Shown here: positions 52,121 to 64,000 of the stretch, piece by piece
Layout of the letters: every line of letters begins with the position of its first letter
How positions within the stretch are numbered: position 1 is the stretch's first letter
NCBI RefSeq assembly: GCF_006345805.1
Contig: NC_043003.1
Coordinates: forward strand, 3,348,001-3,412,000
Direction: 5' to 3'
Source of the DNA: Octopus sinensis
Lineage: Eukaryota
Length of the DNA: 64,000 nt
The notes under the pieces: generated by a model
What the model saw: only the letters and a program-made list of their open reading frames with translations
What the model was told of the DNA's origin: nothing
Databases searched by the model: none
Made by a program: the position numbers and the translations under genes

Positions 52121-53641
52121 TTAAACAACTCCAACCAGAAAAAGACTGACATTTTGCAGTTTAGACTGGGAAATCTTAAGTCAGACTCTAAAGTAGGAAT
52201 AAGAAGCCCTGTAATATTGGTGCTGTCCAGAGAATTTGGAAATATTATTCACCAAAGATTTAACCTTGAATTGGCTACTCTGGAAGGGCTACCTTCTACA
52301 TTCACAGAACTTTTTGGATAAATATTTCCAACCTGGTAATTTTCCTCAGTTAACCTTATTTTCACCATTCCATTTCTTTTTTGCCAAACTGCTAAATTAC
52401 AAGGATGTAAACAAACCAGCTCTGGTTGTCGAGCGGTGGGGGAGAAGGTGACACAAGACACACACAGACATATATACACACATATACAATGGGCTTCCAC
52501 ACAGTTCCCATCACCACAATTTATATGCAAGGCATTGGTCAGCCCAAGGCCATAGTAGAAGACACTGGCTCAAGGTGCTGTGCATTGGAGCTGAACCCCA
52601 AACCATGTGCAAAGCAAGTTGCTTAACCACAGAGCCATCCTGCATACAATTCTTTTCCCTGTTATATAATTATTCATTCCATTTCTTTTTACTTATTTAG
52701 TTAGCTCTTTTAGTATAATTTATTCTATTTCATAATAATTTCACTTCTTTTAAGATTATTTTAACATGATTCCACCCCACCGCATTTTACTGACATAATT
52801 ATTTAATATAAATGTAATATTCATATTATATATTTTAGAGTAGTTTACAAGAAGCATTGTCTGATAGAAATGCTTTTAATTTTTTTAGAAAGACGAAACA
52901 ATGTGATTTACTAGAAATGAGTCAATGGTTTGTACTTTCATTTTATATTTCAATATTTTGGGGTTAAAACCTCTTCTTCAGGAAATCCTCAGAGATTTGG
53001 TGTTGCAAGCTAGCTTTTCTATTCTGCAGTGTGTATATCATCATCGCTTAATGTCCGTTTTCCATGCTAGCATGGGTTGGACGGTTCAACTGGGGTCTGG
53101 GAAGCCAGAAGGCTGCACCAGGCCCAGTCTCATCTGGCAATGTTTCTACGGCTGGATGCCCTTCCTAACGCCAACCACTCCATGAGTGTAGGTGGGTGCT
53201 TTTTACGTGCCAGGCGAGGCTGGCAACGGCCATGAACGGATGGTGCCACCAGCACGAGGCCAGTCGGGGCGGCGCTGACAACGGCCACGTTCGGATGGTT
53301 CTCTTATGTGCCACCGGCACTGGTATCTTAGAATATATATATATATATATGGAAAGTAGCCTTGCATGTACAGGTTAGTATTGCTATAATAGCCAGTCAG
53401 CTTGGTTCTGTTGTTATTAACAACTTATTTTATAGTTTTTTTTTTAATACTTAAATGTCACTTTCCCCAACCTGCTGCCTACTCTCATCTGTTTTCAAGC
53501 AAAGTAAGATTTCTTCTTGGTTGGACATATTTTCATGAAAGACAGGAAACAAAGAACATTGTTCGCATAACAGTGACAATTCACATGATGTCAAGTGAGC
53601 ACACAGAAACGCACACACTGACACACCAACATACACAGCCA

Positions 53642-53685
<44 letters not shown>

Positions 53686-53686
53686 T

Positions 53687-53844
53687 TTATTTTAAGCAGC
53701 AGAAAATTCAACAAAATCTGTTACTCTGAGTTTCTCGTTACCGTTCATCAGACAGTTTTTGCTAGAATCTAGCAAAAACTGTCTGATGAACGGCAACGAG
53801 AACTCAGAGTAACAGATTTGTTGAATTTTTGCTGCTTAAAATAA
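53687..53844. repeat. Near-perfect palindrome (80/77-bp arms, 1-nt centre at 53767) containing two inverted hammerhead copies (family E)
   Basis: The arms differ by 1 substitution and 3 single-base deletions; (TA)n lies on both sides of the parent repeat. Confidence 0.95.
53718..53755 (-). ncRNA. Minimal type-I hammerhead motif (family E)
   Basis: CUGU-CUGAUGA-A-CG(GUAA)CG-A-GAAA-CUCAGAG-UA|ACAG; GUA triplet, stem III ACUC/GAGU with a 1-nt loop. The + strand copy (53779-53815) lacks one A of GAAA. Confidence 0.7.
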
Positions 53845-53914
53845 GCATATTACTCTACCACTGGTATTTGAGTACTCTTTTTTCCACCTTGTTTCACATT
53901 TATGTGTTTACTCC

Positions 53915-53962
<48 letters not shown>

Positions 53963-53963
<1 letters not shown>

Positions 53964-55267
53964 TAGCAGAGATACCCGGTGTTGCCCGTGTTACATACAA
54001 TTGAAGAATTAGGCTTTTATGTTATATTTTCTGTAATGAACTGGAATATCTATGTTTCGAATGTCATCAAAATTGCAGATCAGGGTTATTTTCCTCTTTA
54101 CACACCCACCAAAAAATTGTAATTGCGCCACATGTATCCCATACTACTGATTTTTATGCGCATATTCCAAAATTCCAGTCTTATTGAAGCTGTTAAAAAG
54201 ATTTTGCTCCTGAAAAATGAAGGTCATGGAGCTCTGAAATGTGAGAGTTAAGGCCCCTGTTGGGGGTGGGCATCTTAATGTCAACCAGAGAAGTTGAATT
54301 GTTAAGAATCTGTTTAACTTGGGTTTTATATCTATTGTTTGAATTTCTTTGAAATAGGAAATATATGTTCACTGGGTTTGTAAAAGAGAGCAAAGCTACA
54401 GGAAACCAAAAGACGAATGATCACAATAAGCAGTCAGTTACCCTACCCTAGTTGTTACCACTCCCAAAGTAGGATTCCTCACCATCCAGGTGACAGGCAC
54501 AGCCATAAGATGCATTACGAATCTATAGCAATTGGAATAAACATTAACATGTGTGTGACATGAGGACTAAGGAGAAATGAAGGTGTCACCTCTGGAGTTT
54601 GCAAATGACCACTATACTGATACGTAACTGGACAGAATAAATTTACAATCTATAAATGTCTTTGAATAACCAGTCACTCATCTGGGAAAGCCTTGAAATC
54701 AATGTTACCATCTGGGGACTATGTGTGACCGAGTGATAATTAAAAAACTGAAAGGAGGTCTGTAATCAAATAACTTTACTCAACACTTTGCAACTGAATC
54801 AGTGGAGGCAAAGATGCCTCTCATTTACTTGACAATTTATGCAGCACATTGCAGAAATCACAATCTAAGTATATGTTACACTGTTGTATCATTGAATTAC
54901 AAATAATGCTCAACTTTTATGCTCGGGTAACCCTAGCTTCCAAGAGTACAACTGTATTCGTTTTTGCTTAGATAAAATGACAAAATTGTGGGTGTTAAGT
55001 CCCCATGGAGGGGGTCTTTGTAACTTGTAAGAAGATGAAATTTTATAAATATTACTTCATTTGTGTCTAATATCTATGGTTAAAATTTCCTCAACAGCAA
55101 AAATATATGAATTGTCATGGGGGTAGTGGCCCTTATGCATAGAATATAATTTCCAAATTTCATAAAGATCCATTCAGTACTTTTGACGTAATTTTGGATC
55201 ATAAAAGAAATTACTAAAATTTGGGAGTTAAGGCCCCCATAAGGGTGTTTATATATATATATATAGA
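53963..55267 (-). mobile_element. Probable non-autonomous Helitron
   Basis: Minus-strand 3' end with an imperfect ACCCGG..CCCG hairpin 8 nt before CTAG followed by T (53963-53990); candidate 5' TCTATATATA at about 55267. Internal boundaries are uncertain. Confidence 0.5.
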
Positions 55268-55739
55268 GACAGAGAGAGAGATACACACACACATACAAAG
55301 ATAAATTGATAGATACAACTGCGAGGGCAAACAAAAATATGAGACAGCCTAATGCTTTTTTTATGTTGATAAGCCTGGTACTTATTCTATCAGTTCCTTC
55401 TTGTGAAACCAGTAAGTTATGTGGATGTAAATAAACGAACACCAGTTGTGAGGCAGTGATGAGGGAGATACACAGAGACAGACACACACACAGACTTACA
55501 TACACACACACACACATATATACATACATATACATACAATTGATTTCTTTCAGTTTCTGTCTACAAAATCCACTGACAAGGCTTTGGTTGGTCTGAGGCT
55601 ATAACAGAAGACACATGTCAAGTCACCACACAGGGGGACTGAACTCAGGACCATGTTTTGGAACAAAGTTTATTACCACACAGCCACACCTGCACCCTAT
55701 GTATGTGTGTGTGGGGGTGTCTGTGTATGTGTGTATATA

Positions 55740-56073
55740 TATGTGTACATATTACATGATGATGATGATGATGATGATGATGATATATATATATATATAT
55801 ATACACATACATGTATACATATACATCTATATCTATAGAAATACATCTATACATATACAGCTATGCATATACGTGTATACATATACATGCATACATATAC
55901 ATGCATACATATACATGCATACATATATATATATATTATACATTACATATATATATATATATATATACATATATATATACATATACATATATATATATAC
56001 ATATATATATACATATACATATACATATATATATATATACATATATATATACATAATATAATATATATATATA
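55740..56073. repeat. (GAT)n/(TA)/(TACA) low-complexity tract
   Basis: Direct sequence. Confidence 0.95.
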
Positions 56074-57253
56074 TCCAACATTGGTGTCCTCTGGAAAGTT
56101 ACTGAAATGGATTAAGTGTTTCCTGACAGAACAGATCTCAACATGTTGTAGTTGAAGGGGTAAAATCAAGCCCAGCCAAAGTCAGTAGTGGCGTTCCGCA
56201 AGGCACTGTGCTGGGCCCACTTCTTTTCATCATTTACATTAATGACATTAATGACATCATCAAGCACAGCAACATAAAAATCTTTGCAGATGACTCCAAG
56301 CTACAGAAGGTCATAAATGAGGCGAGTGACCGACATGCCTTCAGTCAGATCTACTGGCTGTTATCCAATGGGCAGAAAAAAACAATATGCTGCTGAACGA
56401 GGATAAATTAGAGCTAATCCACTTTGGAAAAGAGGATGCCCTGAAACTCCCATACTCCCTTCCTTCAGGTGAAACTCTCGCGGCGTCCAACAACATCAGA
56501 GACTTGGGAGTAATTGTGGACAACAACGTAAGCTGGGCCACTCATATAAACACCAAAGTTGACATGGCCCGCAGAATGTGTTCCTGGATTCTCAGAACTT
56601 TCCAGTCGAGAGATATCCACACCATTATCCTTCTCTTCTCCACTTTTGCCCGACCCCACCTTGAATACTGTTGTCCACTGTGGTCTCCCCACACAATACA
56701 GGTATCATAAAAGTTGAAGCACCTCAAAGGGCAATCACAAAAAAGATAGATGGCATGACAGGCCTCGACTATTGGGGTCGACTAGAAAAGCTAAAACTAT
56801 TCTCTCCAACGTCGTCGTGAGCGCTACATCATCTGCATGATGTGGAAAATATTCCATCAGCATTGCCCAAATGATGTTGGCATCACCTTTAAGGTACATC
56901 CAAGGCTTGGGCCCCGTGCCATCCGCCCAAAACAAAAATCGCACTCTCATCTCATAACAACAATACGGCACAATTATTTCACCTCAATTGGCCCCGCTCT
57001 CTTTACATTACACCACAAACACATTAAAACAGAAACTGACCCTATAGGGTTCAAGAAGTCTTTGGACAGATTCCTTCAAGAAATCCCGGATAAACCCCCT
57101 ACACCCGGATATGTCTCTGTAAACAATAACTCTCTACTTGAGTGGGCCATAGTGCCCAAATTCTGACTTGAAAGACTTCACCAGGTGGTGCTATTAAGTT
57201 AGACATGGCCTGGGCCAATAATGGCCGAAACCTATCAAAGTATCAAAGTAAGT
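56074..57253 (+). mobile_element. 5'-truncated CR1/L2-group LINE (RT to 3' end)
   Basis: SGVPQGTVLGPLLF.IYIND...IFADDSKL, LLN.DK.E..HFG, IRDLGVIVD and RPHLEYCCPLWSPH; stop at 57166; 3' stem-loop GGCC-AATAAT-GGCC and (TATCAAAG)n tail; several frameshifts. Confidence 0.92.
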
Positions 57254-57573
57254 ACATACATACATATATACATACATACATATATACATACATACATACA
57301 TATATACATACATACATATATACATACATACATACATATATACATACATACATATATACATACATACATATATATATACATACATACATATATACATACA
57401 TACATACATATATACATACATACATTACATACATACATACATACATACATCATACATATATATATACATACATACATATAATATACATACATACATACAT
57501 ATATTATATATATATATATATATACACATACATATATATATATACATACATACATACATATATATATACATAC

Positions 57574-57606
<33 letters not shown>

Positions 57607-58424
57607 CATACATACATATATATATATATACATACATACATATATATATACATACATACATACATATATATATATATACATACATATATACATATATATA
57701 TATATACATACATACATATATATATATATATACATACATACATATATACATACATACATATATATATATACATACATACATATATATATATATACATACA
57801 TACATATATATATATACATACATACATATATATATAATACATACATACATATATATATACATACATACATATATATATATACATACATACATATATATAT
57901 ATACATACATACATATATATATATACATACATACATATATATACATACATACATATATATACATACATACATATATATATATACATACATACATATAATA
58001 TATACATACATACATATATATATACATACATACATATATATATATACATACATACATATATATATATACATACATACATATATATACATACATACATATA
58101 TATATATACACATACATACATATATATACATACATACATATTATATATATACATACATACATATATATATATATACATACATACTATATATATATATACA
58201 TACATACATATATATATATATACATACATACATATATATAATAATACATACATATATATTATACATACATATATATATATACATATATATATATATACAT
58301 CATACATAATATATATAATATATCATACAACATATATATATATACATACATACATATATATATATATATACATACATTATATTATATATACATACATACA
58401 TATATATATACATACATACATATA

Positions 58425-58456
<32 letters not shown>

Positions 58457-59465
58457 CATACATATATATATACATACATACATTATATATATATACATAC
58501 ATACATACATATATATACATACATACATACATAATATATATACATCATACATATATAATACATACATACATATATATATACATACATACATATATATATA
58601 TATACATACATATATATATATACATACATAATATATAATACATACATATATATATTATACATACATACATATATATATATATATACATACATATATTATA
58701 TATACATACATACATACATATATATATACATACATATATATATATATACATACATATATATATATTACATACATACATATATATATATACATATAATATA
58801 TATATTACATACATACATATATATATACATACATATATATATATATACATAAATACATATATATATACATACATACATATATATATACATACATACATAT
58901 ATATATACATACATACATAATATATATACATACATACATATATATACATACATACATATATATATATATACATACATACATATATATATATATATACATA
59001 CATACATATATATATATATATACATACATACATATATATATATATATACATACATACATATATATATATATATACATACATAATAAATATTAGGGAATAA
59101 ATCCAAATTTACAGGGAAAAAATCAGATTTAGGATTAATCGATTTTATAGTAAAATATTATAAAATATTATTCGAGACCAAACCACTATTTTGCAAAACC
59201 AAGGAAAGACTTATTAATACATAAAATTTTAATAAATAGTCAAAAAAACCGCCACTACAATCGTTTCTTGTCTTGATCGACAATCTTCAAGGTGGACTTC
59301 CAATAATTCAGTGTCAAATTTTTGTTTGTTTTGCAAAATAGTGGTTTTGTCTCGAATAATATTTTATATATACATACATATATATTATATATATATAATA
59401 CATAATATATATATATACATACTATATATATATATATACATACATATATATATATATATACATAC

Positions 59466-59514
<49 letters not shown>

Positions 59515-59666
59515 CATACATATATATATATATACATACATTATATATATATTGTATATATACATACATACTATATAATATATACATACTACATATATAT
59601 ACATACATACATATATATATACATAATATATATATATATACATACATATATATATATATACATACA

Positions 59667-59704
<38 letters not shown>

Positions 59705-60158
59705 CATTATATATATATATATACATACATAATATATATACATACAATATATATATATACATATATATATATATACATACATATATATATATACATACAT
59801 ATATATATATATATACAACATATATATATACATACAATATATATATACATTATATATATATATATATACATATATTATATATATATATATATACATACAT
59901 CATCATCATCATCATCATGTTTAACGTCCGCTTTCCATGCTAGCATGGGTTGGACGGTTCAACTGGGGTCTGGGAAGCCCGAAGGCTGCACCAGGCCAGT
60001 CAGATGTGGCAGTGTTTCTACAGCTGGATGCCCTTCCTAACGCCAACCACTCCGAGAGTGTAGTGGGTGATTTTATGTGCCACCGACACAGGTGCCAGAC
60101 GAGGCTGGCTAATATATATATATATATACATACATATATATACATACTATATATATAC

Positions 60159-60189
<31 letters not shown>

Positions 60190-60595
60190 CATACATATAT
60201 ATATATACATACATATATATATATATATATATACATACATATATATATATATATATATACACATATATATATATATATATATACATACATATATATATAT
60301 ATATACATACATATATATATATATATATACATACATACATACCTATATACATACTACATACATACATACATATACATACATACATACATATACATACATA
60401 CATACATATATATATATACTACATACATACATATATACATACATACATACATTATATATATATACATAATACACATATATACATACATACATACATATAT
60501 ATATATATACATACATACATATATATATATACATACATATATATTATATAAATACATACATATATATATATATACATACATATATATATATATAC

Positions 60596-60629
<34 letters not shown>

Positions 60630-60848
60630 ACATACATATATATATATATATACATACATACATATATACATACATATACATACATATATATATATATAAT
60701 ACATACATACATATATATATATATATACATACATACATATATATATATATATACATACATATATATATATATACATACTATATATATATATACATACATA
60801 TATATAATATATATATAATATACATACATATATATATATATTACATAC

Positions 60849-60879
<31 letters not shown>

Positions 60880-61262
60880 CATACTATATATATATATACT
60901 ACATATATCTATATATATATATACATACAATATATATACATACAACATATATATATACATACATATATATATATATATATACATACATCATCATCATCAT
61001 CGTTTAACGTCCGCTTTCCATGCTAGCATGGGTGGACGGTTCAACTGGGGTCTGGGAAGCCCGAAGGCTGCACCAGGCCAGTCAGATGTGGCAGTGTTTC
61101 TACAGCTGGATGCCCTCCTAACGCCAACCACTCCGAGAGTGTAGTGGGTGATTTTATGTGCCACCGACACAGGTGCCAGACGAGGCTGGCTAATATATAT
61201 ATATATATATACATACATATATATACATATATATATATATATATACATACATATATATATAT

Positions 61263-61321
<59 letters not shown>

Positions 61322-61388
61322 CATACATACATACATATATACATACATACATACATATATATATATACATACATACATACATATATAC

Positions 61389-61419
<31 letters not shown>

Positions 61420-61556
61420 CATACATACATACATATAATACATACATACATATATATATATATACATACATACATTACATATTACATACATACATAATAC
61501 ATACATATATATATATATTACATACATATATACATAATACATACATATATATATAT

Positions 61557-61605
<49 letters not shown>
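57254..61605. repeat. About 4.3 kb of (TA)/(TACA) satellite-like DNA with three embedded complex islands (59085-59360, 59900-60110, 60990-61190)
   Basis: Direct sequence; all ORFs here are low-complexity artefacts. Confidence 0.95.
59252..59295 (-). ncRNA. Type-I hammerhead motif (family F) with one extra U in the core
   Basis: CCAC-CU(U)GAAGA-UUGUC(GAUCAA)GACAA-GAAA-CGAUUG-UA|GUGG; 5-bp stem II, GUA triplet; flanked by a 32-bp inverted repeat (59168-59199 and 59328-59359). Confidence 0.65.
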
Positions 61606-61612
<7 letters not shown>

Positions 61613-62079
61613 AATAATAAGAAAATGGAGAAAACCTCAGATTAACAAACACATCAACTGGACCACATTTATAGCTTATTTTAATACAAAGCCTGACACA
61701 ACAAATAGGTGACGCAACAATATGGTCATTTCCGCATCCAAACGCTGTCTATAAATAATTGCAAAAATAAAATTCTTCATCTCCAATGCCCGGTGATAAC
61801 ACAGGTAATGGATACGGATAGTACATACAGATAGTACATTCTATCCTTTAGTCGGTTATTACAACTTGCTAACTCTGTTTACACATACACACACACATAT
61901 ATGACAAGCTTCTTTCAGTTTCCATTTACCAAATCCACTCACAAGACTTTGATCTGCCCAAGGCTATAATAGAAGACATTTTTCCAAAGTGAACCCAGAA
62001 TTGTGTAATTGGTAAGCAAGCTACTTACCACACAGCTACTCTCTCTCTCTCTCTATATATATAAAAATTGATATCATCA

Positions 62080-62480
62080 TTATCATTTAATGTCCACTTT
62101 CCATGCTGGCAAGGATTGGATAGTTTTGACATGGAGCTAGCCAGCCAGGGAGCTGTTCAGATGCAACTTGTCTCTTGAGGCATGTTTTCTACAGTTGGAT
62201 GCCTTTCCTAACGCCAACCAATTTACAGAGTGCGCTGGGTGCTTTTCACATGCCACCAGCATGGGTGTCTATTTTATGTGGCACTGGTACCTGTAAAGGA
62301 CAAGCCTGCCCGTAAGGATGACAGCAATTTTACATAGCTTGGACATGTCTTCTCAAGTATAGCAAATCGCCACAACTCCTGCTCTCTCGTCATTTCCACA
62401 AAGAGTCCCAGCATCTGAAGATCTTTTCTCACCACTTTGTCCCACAACATCCAACCACTTTGTCCCACAACCCTAACCCC
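62080..62480 (-). mobile_element. Older RTE 3' end (ORF2 tail plus UTR)
   Basis: WDKVVRKDL..LGL..EMT.E.ELWRFAILEKT followed by the GCATCCAACTGTAGAA-type UTR. Confidence 0.75.
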
Positions 62481-62535
62481 TTCTACAGGTTCCCCTCCAC
62501 AATTAGAACTCAGCACTTCTTTATGCAGCTGTCCC

Positions 62536-62568
<33 letters not shown>

Positions 62569-64000
62569 TATATATATATTGGTTGCATAAGATTTGGGTA
62601 AAAACATTGTAGAATGCTATGCAAAGCTCATCCATCGTTATTGGCTATCTGATGTCATCATACAGTGGAAATGCTCTTGATACTAGATATACATCAGGAA
62701 TTATAACTCTATATCCGTAGAGTTTATATAAATATAGAAATAATAGAAAATGGAATGACTGACATTTTTTGTGAGAAAACAATTGAAATGATTTTAAATA
62801 AAGAATACCATTCATTCCATTTTCTACCATTTATGTCTCCCTCTCACATTATATATATAAAATGGGCTTCTTTCAGTTTTCATCTACCAAATCCACTTAC
62901 AAGATTTTGGTCAGCCCGAGGCCATAGAAGGCAGTGGCCCAAGGTGCTGTGCAGTGGGACTGAACTTGAGAACATTTCAATTTATAAATCCTTTAACTTA
63001 TTCAATCATTTTGCTCTTTAAACAATTTTTTTTCAAGTGATTCGCTTTGTAAATGATGATGATGACGACGATGATTCTTCTTCTCCTCCTCCTCCTTCTA
63101 ATCTCTTTATTTTTTTTTTCTTTTACTTGTTTCAGTCATTTCATAGCAGCCATGCTGGGGCACTATCGTGAAGAATCTTTGATCAAATGAATCAGCCCCA
63201 GGACTTAATTTTTTTGAAAGCCAAGTACTTATTCCATTGGTCCCCTTTGCTGAACTGCCAAGTCACAGGGATGTAAACACACAAACACAGGTTGTCCAAT
63301 GATAGTGGGCATTAATGAAGACACACAGGCACACACAATGGGTTCCTTTCAGTTTCCATCTTACCAGATCCATTGACAAGGCTTTGGTTGGCCAGAGACT
63401 ATCAAAGACACTTGCCCAAAAGCCATAGAATGGAACTGAACCCGGGACCATGTAGTTGGGAAGTAAACTTCTTACCACACAGCCACATTTGCACCTGTAA
63501 TCATCATTATTCAAACTTTAACGCACCCTGTATTGAGTACTTCTGATTATGGCTAATTTCAATAAAGGCACCGATACGGTCTGGCTTGGTTGTGTGATTA
63601 ACGCATTCATTTCTCAAACATGTAGCTTCAGTTCAGTGCCACTGCGTGCTACTTCGGTTAGGTACCACAGCTCCAGACTGGCCAATGCTGTGTGGCAGAA
63701 TTAGGTAGATGGAAGCTGAAAGCGCTCTGTTGCATGTGTGTGTGTGTGTGTATGAATGTCTAAAGCTGTGTGGGAGCTGGCAGCAGTGATGTCAAGTGTT
63801 TGTGACTGGGCTTCAGCTTGTGATGCCAGTTGACATTTCCAGTCAAGAAATCTTACCCTATCTCTGCACTTTCAAATTTTCCTGGAACTAAAATTTCCTT
63901 CCTTAAAAAGCAGGTACAGGCTGGCAACAAAAGGGTCCTGCCTTAATTACCTCCAGCTTTAACCCTTGCCAGTATGGAAAAACAAACATTAAATTAACAA

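Noticed and set aside
57200-57235. GGCC-AATAAT-GGCC-GAAAC resembling a hammerhead 3' half
   Set aside because: No CUGANGA upstream; better explained as the LINE 3' recognition stem-loop.
55615-61611. Dozens of long ORFs (up to 298 aa) rich in Y/I/M/C/V/H
   Set aside because: Translations of TA/TACA microsatellite, which lacks stop codons in several frames; not genes.

Overview
AT-rich, repeat-dense animal DNA. The SINE, LINE and microsatellite families look cephalopod (octopus-like); this is recognition, not a database result. Only one host-gene exon is clear: a 188-bp phase-1/phase-0 exon of an ELOVL fatty-acid elongase on the minus strand (3768-3955), so most of the window is probably upstream intron or 5' flank of that gene. 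The rest is mobile-element debris: two tRNA-SINE families, RTE, CR1-like and Tx1-like LINEs, Penelope-like (PLE) RT and GIY-YIG fragments, Tc1, piggyBac and hAT relics, MITEs, a probable Helitron, and long (TA/CA) tracts. Most ORFs in the supplied track are spurious read-throughs of these repeats. The main hidden structure is a set of at least six unrelated short repeat families that each carry a minimal type-I hammerhead ribozyme motif (CUGANGA...GAAA...UH). One family pair shows compensatory stem changes, several sit at fold-back (inverted) termini, and one family places a tRNA-like A/B-box module between a PLE GIY-YIG ORF end and the ribozyme. There are also several young local inverted duplications of non-TIR sequence. 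Everything was read by eye; ribozyme activity, expression and family names need computational or experimental confirmation.
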